Virus record (IMG/VR): IMGVR_UViG_3300020404_000180
Coordinates: 1-64,000 of that record
DNA length: 64,000 bases
Reading direction: 5' to 3' (one strand)
Source of the DNA: a virus
The notes beneath the pieces were generated by a model. That model was not told where the DNA came from, searched no databases, and was given only the letters and a program-made list of their open reading frames with translations. Position numbers and translations under genes: made by a program. Below, in pieces: positions 1 to 9,346 of the stretch (within the stretch, counting starts at the first letter, position 1; the number at the start of each line of letters is the position of its first letter).

Positions 1-74
1 TTGAGTTTGTCTAAGGCATCTGCCTGTCCACCATCCCAAAGTAAGTCAACGATTTCTCGTTCTTGTGTAGCCAT
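1..74 (-). CDS. 5' part of small gene downstream of the portal (position of gp67-like prohead core gene); truncated by window edge
   Basis: ATG at 74 reads MATQEREIVDLLWDGGQADALDKL... open to position 1; preceded by AATAAATA late box at 96-103. Confidence 0.65.
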   Translation of the reverse strand, partial: MATQEREIVDLLWDGGQADALDKL

Positions 75-94
75 AATCTATTGTTATCTAAAGT

Positions 95-1708
95 TTATTT
101 ATTAGCGTTTCCGTTTTGAGGTTGCGGAGGATTCTTCGCTTGTTTAATTTGAGATTGTTTCAATTCCTTGTCCATCTGCAAATTATCGCTTTCTGCATCC
201 AGTTTTTCACCTTCTAATGCGGTAACGTCTAGTGGGTTAAGTGCTCTTCCGTTATCAATATCATCTTTCATCTGTGCATCCAACTCTTCAATCTGTGTCT
301 CGGTTTGTCCAAGAATCTCAGAGCGGATATACTGAGTAGAGAAATACTTTCCAACGTAAGGATCCATAGCAGCAATGACATTTAATTTCTCTGTCATCAT
401 CTCTAGGTTTTTTAATTCCGTAAAATGATTATCGTAGAGATAGTCATACTGAATATGCTCTCGCATATCATCCCAATCTTCTGGAGTTATAACACTCTTC
501 AGAATCAATTGGGTTTTTAGTGCGTCATGGAATAAGTCGCTAAACTTTTTGCGGAGTTTACCGACAAACTTAGTGAATTTTAATTCGTCTCTTGTTATCT
601 CTGCAGACCTTCCTAGGTCAAATGATGTGCCACTTTCTAATCTACCAGCAGGAACATTTAACGCTTTGTAAAGTTTTGTTTGGAAATATTGCACGTCTGT
701 TAGCTCTCCAAGGTTCTGACCACCTGGCAACGTAGTAATTTCAGTACCTCTGCCACCTTCTCTTCTTGGTAACCAGAAGTCTTCCATCATAGACATGTAT
801 TTTCTGTCGTCTCTTATCTCACCTGTGCTAGCATCATATACTAACTTGTTACGATACCTACCCATAACCTCACGGAGATATGTTTCCGCTTTTTGTTTTG
901 GTAGATTACCAACGTCAATGTAGAATATTCTTCTTTCTGGTGCTCTTGATATTCTGTAGATAACAAGAGAGTCCTCAATCATACGTAACTGGTTGAGAAC
1001 TTTGATACCTTTATGTAAGTATGATAGTACGATGTTTCTATTCGTATCCATCAAACCAGATGTCACATATGATATTGCGTCTTTTGCAATTCTAATTCCG
1101 CTGTTAGCAGATGTGTTGTTTAGTCCTTTGGGATTATATAAGAAATACTCTTCGCCTTTACCAAAGTCATACTTCATAAACTCGTCAGCAGTCTTTGGTT
1201 TTGTTATCTGTCTTACCTTCTTAATTTTATGAGGATCAACATATCTCATTTCCTTGATTCCGTCTTGCGGATTGTCAAGGTCAATTACTTTATGATAGTA
1301 CATACGACCATCAATGTACCATCTGCGGAACATTTCATGTGCCTTACTATCAAATCCAAATAGATTTTTTATATAATCGAACTCGTCTCTAATAATTTTT
1401 TTGACGCTATCGCTGACGTCTAGATTATCTAAGTTGACCTGTACGGGACTATCGTTTTGGTCTGCGACTATTGCTTCGTGTATAATATCCTCAATGGCGG
1501 AATCCACTTCTGGATGCATCGCCATCTCACGATATTTTTTCACCATGTCATATTCGGTCTTGAAGTTACCGTCTAGGTCTAAGTATTGACCGTAGTAACC
1601 TCCAGCAATGTAACTTGTAGCTCCATCGTCAGAAGAAGGTTTGATGGGAGACGGAGCACGACTCTTCTCAACCTTCTTATTAAACGAGAAACCGAATAAC
1701 TCTGCCAT
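95..1708 (-). CDS. gp20: T4-like portal vertex protein
   Basis: Motifs RRWYIDGR, LRMIEDSLVIYRISRAPERRIFYIDVGNLPK, EDFWLPRREGGRGTEITTLPGGQNLGE; synteny after gp19. Confidence 0.98.
   Translation of the reverse strand: MAELFGFSFNKKVEKSRAPSPIKPSSDDGATSYIAGGYYGQYLDLDGNFKTEYDMVKKYREMAMHPEVDSAIEDIIHEAIVADQNDSPVQVNLDNLDVSDSVKKIIRDEFDYIKNLFGFDSKAHEMFRRWYIDGRMYYHKVIDLDNPQDGIKEMRYVDPHKIKKVRQITKPKTADEFMKYDFGKGEEYFLYNPKGLNNTSANSGIRIAKDAISYVTSGLMDTNRNIVLSYLHKGIKVLNQLRMIEDSLVIYRISRAPERRIFYIDVGNLPKQKAETYLREVMGRYRNKLVYDASTGEIRDDRKYMSMMEDFWLPRREGGRGTEITTLPGGQNLGELTDVQYFQTKLYKALNVPAGRLESGTSFDLGRSAEITRDELKFTKFVGKLRKKFSDLFHDALKTQLILKSVITPEDWDDMREHIQYDYLYDNHFTELKNLEMMTEKLNVIAAMDPYVGKYFSTQYIRSEILGQTETQIEELDAQMKDDIDNGRALNPLDVTALEGEKLDAESDNLQMDKELKQSQIKQAKNPPQPQNGNANK
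96..103 (-). promoter_or_regulatory. T4-type late promoter box AATAAATA overlapping the gp20 stop codon
   Basis: + strand tatttatt; resembles TATAAATA gp55 consensus; about 20 nt upstream of the next ATG. Confidence 0.55.
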
Positions 1709-1732
1709 AATATTTGTTGGTTTCTTTACCTA

Positions 1733-1740
1733 CTATTTAG
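1733..1740 (-). promoter_or_regulatory. Late promoter box (CTAAATA) upstream of gp20
   Basis: + strand ctatttag in the gp19-gp20 gap, about 25 nt upstream of the ATG. Confidence 0.6.
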
Positions 1741-1745
1741 TACCC

Positions 1746-2345
1746 TTACTGAACTGGATTACTACCACCAGTGCTTGTGTGGTACTGGTATGCAAACTCA
1801 ACATCAAACTCTTCAAATGAATCGTTATTGTCGTATGCTACAGAAACCTGTGATACTGATACGGGGAATGCATCTATTAACTTATAAGTTCTTATAATGT
1901 CTAGATTTTCCTTTCCTGCACCGAACTTATTTAACTGGTCAATAGTAACGTCTTGGAATACTCCAGTGTCATTATCATTGTCTAGTGTTGCAGTAGCAGT
2001 GTTTGTGTCAACACCGTTTGTTAGTTCAATCCATTTCTCATATGCTGCACGCATCTCAAATGCGTCATCCATATAGAATGTTGCTGTCCATGTTTCAAAT
2101 GTTCTGTCGCCAGGTACTTTGATTACACGTCCACGGAAAGGTAGCTCTACAGTTCCTACGTTTGTTGCTGGTAATGCTGCTGCCTTACACATAAATGCAA
2201 CTGAGTCGTTTGCTCCTCCTGTACCATCAATAGATGGTGGTGTTACTCCGCCAGGAAAAACGTGTTCTACTGAGAACAGGTTAGGGCGAACTCCGCCCTT
2301 AATTGCTTGTTGAAAGGTTAATAAACCTAATGCTTTGCGTGCCAT
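1746..2345 (-). CDS. gp19: T4-like tail tube protein
   Basis: RPNLFSV, CKAAALPA, VELPFRGRVIKVPGDRTFETWT, EEFDVEFAYQY. Confidence 0.97.
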   Translation of the reverse strand: MARKALGLLTFQQAIKGGVRPNLFSVEHVFPGGVTPPSIDGTGGANDSVAFMCKAAALPATNVGTVELPFRGRVIKVPGDRTFETWTATFYMDDAFEMRAAYEKWIELTNGVDTNTATATLDNDNDTGVFQDVTIDQLNKFGAGKENLDIIRTYKLIDAFPVSVSQVSVAYDNNDSFEEFDVEFAYQYHTSTGGSNPVQ

Positions 2346-2363
2346 TGTTTAGGTGCTCCGATG

Positions 2364-4361
2364 TTATCTGCGTGGGATGACTTCCTCGAACGATACGCCT
2401 GTGCGTGTCGCTACGAATGTCAATGTGATAAAGTTGATTGAGCGTGCAGGCTTGATATAGAAATCTGCCTTAAACTCATTCGCGTCGATGATTGCACCAG
2501 TGTTATTAGTGTCATCACATACAACTAAGAAATCTGTGATTCCTCTTTCAGCTTGAATGCCTCTAAGGAATGGTTCTACAACATTCTTAAAGTTGTTACG
2601 TGTGAACTCATCGTTAAGTTCAAAAAGTACTCCCTTCGCAGCGTTGCCGATTGTCTTCTCTATCACATTGAAAAGACGTCTAACATTGATGCGATCAAAT
2701 GCAGATGGTGAAGCGAGAGCTGTTTTGTCTCCGAATAGGACTATGCCCTGACCAGGTAAACTGGTTACTGGGTTGATCCTTCTTTGATACAGTGTATCTC
2801 TTTCGGATTTAGTTGGTGAGTATGCAAGTTTAACTGCACCTCTGATTGCACCACGGTTTAATCCTGCGGGAGAGAACCATGGAGTTCCGTTAGCGGTAAC
2901 GCTTGCACATAATCCTGCAACGTCTCCGTTAAGTGGAACGTAACGATACTTGTCTGCAAATCTGTCGTAGATATACTTCCAACCATTGTCAAACACACCG
3001 AATGATGTGGATGTCATTTGTTTGTAGAAGTCTACTACATTTTGTGTTTGTGTTGTGGAACTTGTAACTCCAACAACGTCTCCTCTAAATGGAGATATAA
3101 AACCAACGCAATCTTTTCTTTGTGCACAAATTGAAAGTACACTAGTTGCAATTGCCTGTGTATTGGTCTTACTTCCTGCGTCGCCAGGACCCATGAGTAG
3201 ATAATCAATATCTAATGTCTCTGTGTCGTTGAACTCCGCAAGTCCTGTGATGATTTCTCCAGAAGTTGCTGATAGACTTTCTGCACCCTTTACGAATGTG
3301 TAAGTCTTAGGACCGCTGAATAAATCAAATGTCTCTGTAGATGCACTACCACCGTTGTTTGTACCAGCAATGTTTCCACCACTTGCAGTCTGGTTAGCAC
3401 TTACATCATAGACATCAGTTTCATGAGAACCCCAGTAAACATACTGTGACCTGTCAAGAACAACTGTTGGGTAATAGTTTACCGCACCAGATGATGTCTT
3501 AGAGTTGTTTGCTTTTGAAACATATGTGTGCTTCTCTAATAATGTATTAGGAGTACCAGTGATAACGCCAGTTGCGTCATAGATTGCGATGTGCATTTCG
3601 TCGTTTGCACCACCACGTGCTTCAACGAAAGGAGAAGTGCCAGGTCTAGGGGCGATGGCAGACCACTTAAGTCCTGTGAATACTTCCTGCTGATCGTACC
3701 ACTCTACTTGAGCAGTTACGTTTAAGTCGGTAACACCGTTCTCTATCTGGTCTGTTGTTGTCCAAGTATCGGATGAGATAAGTGACACCTTGTTGTTTGT
3801 TGCGTCCCAATCATAGATGAAACCAGATTTAGCACCACCAGCGTTACCACTAGTTGTCTGTACCTGAGTTCCTACTGTTGTAGTTGATAGAGCACCGTCT
3901 AAGGTTAGAGTTACATCTGCACCTTTATCAATTACTGATACTCTAATAGAATTTCCATCTACGCCAGGATCCCTCGCTGCCCACTTAAATGGGTTTGCGT
4001 TTGCGTCTGCATATACTGCTTCGTAATCGTCTTTCGTTGGAATAGAAAGTGTATATGGACTTGTTACGTTGTCATCGGATGCAGTTAACTGTCCACTTGT
4101 TGATACACGTACAACATCTAGTACCCCACCATACTGTAGGAAACTCGCTGCTGTCCACCAACTAGTTGCATTAGCATCGGATGGTTCACCGAATATTTCG
4201 ATTAATTGAGATTCATTTGCTATACGAACAGGGGTAAGAACAGGTCCTTTACTAAATGCTCCTGCTATTGCCCCAACGTTTACTTCAACTGTCTCAATCG
4301 AACCAAGAGTCAGATCCCTTTCTTGAATCTCTACTCCTGGCGATAAGAGCGTGCTTGCCAT
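2364..4361 (-). CDS. gp18: Contractile tail sheath protein
   Basis: LLSPGVEIQERDLT, PWFSPAGLNRG, FDRINVRRLF, FELNDEFTR, IKPARSINFITLTFVATRTGVSFEE. Confidence 0.98.
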   Translation of the reverse strand: MASTLLSPGVEIQERDLTLGSIETVEVNVGAIAGAFSKGPVLTPVRIANESQLIEIFGEPSDANATSWWTAASFLQYGGVLDVVRVSTSGQLTASDDNVTSPYTLSIPTKDDYEAVYADANANPFKWAARDPGVDGNSIRVSVIDKGADVTLTLDGALSTTTVGTQVQTTSGNAGGAKSGFIYDWDATNNKVSLISSDTWTTTDQIENGVTDLNVTAQVEWYDQQEVFTGLKWSAIAPRPGTSPFVEARGGANDEMHIAIYDATGVITGTPNTLLEKHTYVSKANNSKTSSGAVNYYPTVVLDRSQYVYWGSHETDVYDVSANQTASGGNIAGTNNGGSASTETFDLFSGPKTYTFVKGAESLSATSGEIITGLAEFNDTETLDIDYLLMGPGDAGSKTNTQAIATSVLSICAQRKDCVGFISPFRGDVVGVTSSTTQTQNVVDFYKQMTSTSFGVFDNGWKYIYDRFADKYRYVPLNGDVAGLCASVTANGTPWFSPAGLNRGAIRGAVKLAYSPTKSERDTLYQRRINPVTSLPGQGIVLFGDKTALASPSAFDRINVRRLFNVIEKTIGNAAKGVLFELNDEFTRNNFKNVVEPFLRGIQAERGITDFLVVCDDTNNTGAIIDANEFKADFYIKPARSINFITLTFVATRTGVSFEEVIPRR

Positions 4362-4401
4362 GCGATTACTCCACTAAGATAAATCAATTTTTGTCTAATA
4401 T

Positions 4402-4408
4402 TATTTAG
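4402..4408 (-). promoter_or_regulatory. Late promoter box (CTAAATA) upstream of gp18
   Basis: + strand tatttag in the gp17-gp18 gap; GGAG ribosome site just before the gp18 ATG. Confidence 0.6.
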
Positions 4409-4421
4409 AAAAAGTTGTATT

Positions 4422-6104
4422 TTAGCGATAGTCCCACATATAACTACGGTCACCGTACTCGTCTAATCTCCACTTATCTTGATTCTCTTCGTTCATGTCT
4501 ATAGTCCAGATGTTACCAGAGTCATCTAACACCTGACTATCCTCTAAACCATCGTCTATAAAACCAAATGGTGCCATGTCTTGCTCAATCTGGTTCTTTT
4601 GCTCCTCATATATACGTCTTCTTATGTCTTGGTCAGTCATTTCTTTGAAATAATCCTGCTGCACCAACCATGCAAATATGACTAGACACATAACAAGGTC
4701 GTCATTATACCCCTCGTCTGCCTCAAAACTTTGCTTGTTTTGTATGAACGTAGTTAGTTCTGCTACTATGTTGTAATCCTTAACAAGTAACTTGTCATCT
4801 TCTATAAGTGTCTTGAGGTTAGAACATCCTTGTGCTTTGACAGTCTTGCTCATCTTGACACCCATCTGTGTTTTATTACCTGAGAATCCCTGTCCGACAA
4901 CTTGACCTGACCTTCCACGCATAGCACACATAAGAACATTCTCATATTCTATATCGTAGAATAACATCGATGCTACACCCTCTCCAATATCATTTACCTC
5001 TGTAAGAACATAAGCATTATTATAATTGGTAGCGACATTGTAAATTATATTTGGGAATAACATAGGTCGTATGTCATGGTCTCTGTATTTTGCTACTAGT
5101 TGCCAAGGTGCTTTGGTAATATCAATTACCACAAAGGCAGAGTAATCCTGTGAGAGACCACGAGAAACGTCCACACATATAATATAATCATGGTCACGTA
5201 TAGGATTTTCATATACGTCGAGAGAACCGTTGGTCGAAATCGGGTCATCGTAAGTTAGTGTTCGTAGTTTGCTTGCTGTTATTAATGTGTCAACAGACCC
5301 TAAGAACTCGCACTCAAACTCTTGAGTAAACTGTCTGACGGACGTGTTGGCAATAGTTGTTTCTTTCCATCTTGCATCTCGACCTGGCACTTTTGACCAG
5401 TGCACCTCTGTCCATGCATATCCATTCCTATCTTTCTGTGCATCAACCCACAACTTATAGAAGTGGTTCATACCATTAGGCGTAGATATAATTATAACTT
5501 TCGTAGAGGTACCAGATGTAATAGTAGGATATACAGAACTAAAGAACTGTTCTGCAATATGGTTAGGTATGAATGCAAACTCATCAAGGAATATGATGTT
5601 GAATGACATACCTCGAACTGCAGATGCGGAGGTAGATGCTGCAAGAATTTTAGAACCATTCTCTAATTCCATACTACCTTTATTATAGACCACAATACCT
5701 TGTTGAATCCAAAGTGGTAGCTGTTCGTATGCTAGTTGCAATCTTCCTAGTAGGTCTCTAGCAGTAGAAAGTTTGTTTGCTAAGATACCAATATTGACAT
5801 TATCGTTGAACAACGCATAATGCAAAAGGTAAGACACACACGTAGTGGACTTACCAGTCTGTCTAGGAAGTTTTGCTATATTAAATCTATGCTTATGAAA
5901 TTTCTCTATGAGTTCCTCTTGGAAATCCCACATTTTAAATGGCACAATACCTTCATCAAGAGATATAATCTTGATGTAGTTTTTGGCAAAGTACACGGGG
6001 TCTTCTTTGCACTTCAAATATTCCTGTACCTGTTCGGGTGTAAACTGTATTTCAGTTCCTACCTTCTTTAGGTTCGGGTTGCCTAAGTAAAAATCTTGAC
6101 TCAT
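4422..6104 (-). CDS. gp17: Terminase large subunit
   Basis: YLGNPNLKK, Walker A PRQTGKST, Walker B IIFLDEFAF, ISTPNG, nuclease CVDVSRG...DYS and NDDLVM. Confidence 0.98.
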   Translation of the reverse strand: MSQDFYLGNPNLKKVGTEIQFTPEQVQEYLKCKEDPVYFAKNYIKIISLDEGIVPFKMWDFQEELIEKFHKHRFNIAKLPRQTGKSTTCVSYLLHYALFNDNVNIGILANKLSTARDLLGRLQLAYEQLPLWIQQGIVVYNKGSMELENGSKILAASTSASAVRGMSFNIIFLDEFAFIPNHIAEQFFSSVYPTITSGTSTKVIIISTPNGMNHFYKLWVDAQKDRNGYAWTEVHWSKVPGRDARWKETTIANTSVRQFTQEFECEFLGSVDTLITASKLRTLTYDDPISTNGSLDVYENPIRDHDYIICVDVSRGLSQDYSAFVVIDITKAPWQLVAKYRDHDIRPMLFPNIIYNVATNYNNAYVLTEVNDIGEGVASMLFYDIEYENVLMCAMRGRSGQVVGQGFSGNKTQMGVKMSKTVKAQGCSNLKTLIEDDKLLVKDYNIVAELTTFIQNKQSFEADEGYNDDLVMCLVIFAWLVQQDYFKEMTDQDIRRRIYEEQKNQIEQDMAPFGFIDDGLEDSQVLDDSGNIWTIDMNEENQDKWRLDEYGDRSYMWDYR

Positions 6105-6265
6105 GAATTAGTTTTCAAATACTGCAATGCAGATTCTTTCGTATCAAACCAATGCATATGATGATGCAGTTGCAGTGAAAACTTGTGGGTTATAGCGTCG
6201 TAACCTATACTCCCTTCAAAATCCATCCAATCAGGATCTAGTAGATCCTCGCTTACCATTGACAT
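6101..6265 (-). CDS. Small hypothetical protein, 54 aa (below ORF-track cutoff)
   Basis: MSMVSEDLLDPDWMDFEGSIGYDAITHKFSLQLHHHMHWFDTKESALQYLKTNS; GAGGAGG ribosome site upstream; TGA overlaps the gp17 ATG (ATGA). Confidence 0.7.
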   Translation of the reverse strand: MSMVSEDLLDPDWMDFEGSIGYDAITHKFSLQLHHHMHWFDTKESALQYLKTNS

Positions 6266-6386
6266 CGGAAACCTCCTCTGCTTTTAACTCATATTCTAGC
6301 ATAGAGCGTAGAATAGTTGCACGAGTTGTCTCATTAAATGCTTCCAGAACACGGAGTTCTGCTTGCAATTCTTCAACTCTAGTCAT
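6231..6386 (-). CDS. Small hypothetical protein, 51 aa (below ORF-track cutoff)
   Basis: MTRVEELQAELRVLEAFNETTRATILRSMLEYELKAEEVSDVNGKRGSTRS; AGGAG ribosome site upstream; fills the gap after the 411-aa gene. Confidence 0.7.
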   Translation of the reverse strand: MTRVEELQAELRVLEAFNETTRATILRSMLEYELKAEEVSDVNGKRGSTRS

Positions 6387-6402
6387 ATTTAGTCTCCTAA
6401 CG

Positions 6403-7638
6403 TTAGCACTTCCATTTACGAAGTGACTTGTTTATACGACTGTCAGGGTCTCTGGCAGTCTTAGCAGAAGTTAATCTCTTCTTCATTCCTTTCATTCTAG
6501 CACAGAAACTTGCTCTTCGCCCTGCTGCCTTACCACCTTTTTTTACTTTGCCTGTGACTGGTGCTTTTAAATCACTGCCAGGATTCTGTCTCTCGTATGA
6601 CTTACGACCTTTCTCGTTTAGTCCACCAGAAGGACTCTTACCTGATTTCTTTTGCCAATCTTCACTAACTTGGTCTTGTGGGAATGTAGGTACGTCAGTA
6701 GAATGTCCAACAGTTTCTTTTTTGTTCTTTGGTTTTTCTCCTTTCTTTTTCTTACTAATTGCAATCGCTGCCTGTTGTGCTGCGTTCGCTGCCTCACCTA
6801 ATCTTCTATCTTGATTCTTATTCTTATGTTTCCATGCTGTAGCATATGCGATTGACTTCTCATCTTTTGTCAATGCTCCGTCTTTTGCGTATGATTTCTT
6901 GATGTGTTTAATCATCCTTTCATACTTCTTACCGCTTGGTGCTTCTTCTTTTACTGCTGCTGCACGTAATCTCTTTGCTTGACTCTTATGCATTGCAACT
7001 GCCTTATCTAATTCAGCAGGAATTTTGTTTGCTTCTTTACCAGCGTCTTTCTTAAATTCTTTTGAGTTCTTTAATCTTTGTGATTGACTAGCATGCATCT
7101 TTACTGCAGCGTCTAGTTCTTTTGGTATCTTATTTACAGCAGCACCATAGTGTTGCTCACTCATACTCTCACCATTAGATGCATCTTCACCTGTTTGTCC
7201 TGTTGGATTATCACTTGGGGTGTCATCATATGAACCATATGTGATACAAGGTTTCTTACCACATCCACAATTTTTATTCTTATTGATTCCTTCTTTCTGA
7301 AGCATACCATCCTTACCAATGGTCATACCGCTTGGTAATGGTTTGCATTTCTGTTCATCAAAACAATAGTATTTGCCTTCACCACAGTTCTTCTTTGCTT
7401 CCAAGATAAATCTTTCTCTTGCTTCCTTCACCATTAACACAGGGTCTGACGTAGGATCTGACTCGTGGAAGTTTATAACTCTTGAGCCAGGATAAACTTT
7501 ATCCACAATCTTTTGTGCTTGTGGTCTTTGTAGTTTTCCTAATTGATCACGGAATACAGTTATGTTGAACTGTCTACCCCTCCATACAAGAGAGATAACG
7601 TAGTATCTACCGTACATTGTGGGTATGCGTGTTGCCAT
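6403..7638 (-). CDS. Lys-rich modular protein with C-terminal DUF6321-like domain; candidate internal head polyprotein
   Basis: C-terminus GGLNEKGRKSY...DLKAPV...RRASFCARMKGM...DPDSRINKSLRKWKC; internal repeat NKIPxELDxAVxMH; segments separated by hydrophobic-x-E sites. Confidence 0.75.
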   Translation of the reverse strand: MATRIPTMYGRYYVISLVWRGRQFNITVFRDQLGKLQRPQAQKIVDKVYPGSRVINFHESDPTSDPVLMVKEARERFILEAKKNCGEGKYYCFDEQKCKPLPSGMTIGKDGMLQKEGINKNKNCGCGKKPCITYGSYDDTPSDNPTGQTGEDASNGESMSEQHYGAAVNKIPKELDAAVKMHASQSQRLKNSKEFKKDAGKEANKIPAELDKAVAMHKSQAKRLRAAAVKEEAPSGKKYERMIKHIKKSYAKDGALTKDEKSIAYATAWKHKNKNQDRRLGEAANAAQQAAIAISKKKKGEKPKNKKETVGHSTDVPTFPQDQVSEDWQKKSGKSPSGGLNEKGRKSYERQNPGSDLKAPVTGKVKKGGKAAGRRASFCARMKGMKKRLTSAKTARDPDSRINKSLRKWKC

Positions 7639-7896
7639 TTACCTAGTGTATGCTATTTTTGTTACCTTAACTGATGAACCACCAGCTGATGCTTCAAGTG
7701 TATCTGTTGCATCTTTCTCGAATACTTCTACTGTGCCATTAACAACGGTAGTGCTACCAAGCGTATTACCACCATCATCTTTTCTTGTGATTACTGCTAC
7801 AGCACTATGTCCGTTATATAAACGAACTAGAGTTGCATTACCCACATTACTTGCAGAAGATAGATCCGCTTCAGCTGCTAAAACTTTAATTACCAT
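7639..7896 (-). CDS. Small hypothetical beta-rich protein (85 aa)
   Basis: Abuts the next ATG; preceded by GATAAATA box; codon style matches neighbours. Confidence 0.75.
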   Translation of the reverse strand: MVIKVLAAEADLSSASNVGNATLVRLYNGHSAVAVITRKDDGGNTLGSTTVVNGTVEVFEKDATDTLEASAGGSSVKVTKIAYTR

Positions 7897-7919
7897 GATT
7901 GGATACTGTCTTTACTAAG

Positions 7920-8351
7920 TTATTTATCAGTCTTCTTACTTGCTTGTTTAAGCATTTTCTGAAGGTCTGCGGTGCTTCCAACAAATAAAGCATTGTTGGT
8001 TACAACTTTCTTAGCACTTTCTTCTTTGACATTCTTTTTGTCTTTCTGTAGTGCCATAAGTTTGTCAGCGACATCACCTACATGCTTGATAAGTTGTCCT
8101 GCAACTTCGTATGCACGTGGATGGTCAGATGACATTGCAAGGTCAAGTGCACCATTGACTGCCTCTTGTCCTTTGTCAATCAAAGAATATAAGTTGCCTC
8201 TAGCATACTCGTAGTCTTTGTCTACATCTTCCGTTGCAGTAGATTTAGCAACTTCTTTTCTAGGTGTTGCTTTTGTTGCCACATCCTCAACGATGTCAAA
8301 TGCATCATCGAGTCCAGATGTATCTTTGTTGATGGGATTAGGGTTACTCAT
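7920..8351 (-). CDS. gp16: Terminase small subunit
   Basis: DYEYARGNLYSLIDKGQEA, HPRAYEVAGQLIK, NNALFVGSTADLQKML; start placed at ATG 8351 overlapping the gp15 stop rather than 8387. Confidence 0.93.
   Translation of the reverse strand: MSNPNPINKDTSGLDDAFDIVEDVATKATPRKEVAKSTATEDVDKDYEYARGNLYSLIDKGQEAVNGALDLAMSSDHPRAYEVAGQLIKHVGDVADKLMALQKDKKNVKEESAKKVVTNNALFVGSTADLQKMLKQASKKTDK
7921..7928 (-). promoter_or_regulatory. Late promoter box GATAAATA overlapping the gp16 stop
   Basis: + strand tatttatc; about 25 nt upstream of the 85-aa gene. Confidence 0.55.
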
Positions 8352-9345
8352 AATACGATGTTGTCTCACTGAATCCGAAGTCATCACCAGAAGTTAGTAA
8401 TGCATCATCTGCTGCGTTTAATACATCAACAGGTGTAGAAGCATTTGCACTTGCTGCCTTCGTGCCATTTTGTGCACGACGGACTGATAGTTTGTTTGGT
8501 GATGTCTTGCTCTTAACATACATGACCTCATTACCAATCTCAATGAATGACTGAGTTGGTATGTTAGTGAAGTCTACAACTTCAATAGTAAGGTTACGTG
8601 TATTGATAGCACTTGCTAGTTCTGTAGTGCCATCTTTGTCTTTGTCTGTAAGTGCTTTTGGTACAACCTGATAAGAAACCTGTCTTGTAGAAGTAAGATC
8701 CACCTCTGTATGGTAATCGACTTTTGCTTTCTTGATAGGTGCTTGAGTTCCTACAGGTCCGTAGATGTATGACTTGCAAGTAAACTGCATAGTTATCAAG
8801 GTTATCTTCTTGTCATCAAAGGAACCTTCGTAATCATCACTGTATGAAACACTGTTTAATATTATTGGTATGTCTCTAAACTCCTCCATACTATCGACAA
8901 GTTTTATACTCATCTGATATGAAGGTTGAAATAATGGTAGTATCTGTTCTGTTATCTCTAATGCTTCGTCGTTTGTTTTAGATATTATGTTTAATTCAAA
9001 ATCAATATTATATGGTACAGGTGTAAACTGTTTCTTGACTGCGTTGTTAGTATCTGCTTTTAATGTTAGTGTAGTTGGTGCAAGTTTTCTAGTAGCATCA
9101 TAAGAAATACCCGACATCTCGAAAGATAATCGGGGAACTGTGATAGCAACCTTCTGGTTGAGATCCGCTTGTTGTTCTAATCTTGCTAAAAATTTCTGTC
9201 TAGGACCGTATGCCAACGGTACCTTCATTGTGCTGTATACTGTACCGTCTGATTTCTCTTTTCGGCATTCTATATTATTGAAGAGTGTTCCAAATCCTAT
9301 GACGCACTTTCTAATAATCTTGTTATAAGTGTAAGTTCCTAACAT
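8344..9345 (-). CDS. gp15: Tail sheath stabiliser / tail completion protein with C-terminal extra domain
   Basis: FGTLFNNI, KVPLAYGPRQKFLARL, PRLSFEM, PVPYNIDFEL, EQILPLFQP; ends DDFGFSE. Confidence 0.95.
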   Translation of the reverse strand: MLGTYTYNKIIRKCVIGFGTLFNNIECRKEKSDGTVYSTMKVPLAYGPRQKFLARLEQQADLNQKVAITVPRLSFEMSGISYDATRKLAPTTLTLKADTNNAVKKQFTPVPYNIDFELNIISKTNDEALEITEQILPLFQPSYQMSIKLVDSMEEFRDIPIILNSVSYSDDYEGSFDDKKITLITMQFTCKSYIYGPVGTQAPIKKAKVDYHTEVDLTSTRQVSYQVVPKALTDKDKDGTTELASAINTRNLTIEVVDFTNIPTQSFIEIGNEVMYVKSKTSPNKLSVRRAQNGTKAASANASTPVDVLNAADDALLTSGDDFGFSETTSYYE

Positions 9346-9346
9346 G

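Noticed and set aside
95-6104. Introns, inteins or homing endonucleases in gp17-gp20
   Set aside because: Genes have normal length and continuous motifs; no LAGLIDADG, HNH, GIY-YIG or intein splice motifs seen
6386-6392. CTAAATA box
   Set aside because: It lies between the ribosome-binding site and the ATG of the 51-aa ORF, so it is poorly placed to drive that gene; left uncalled
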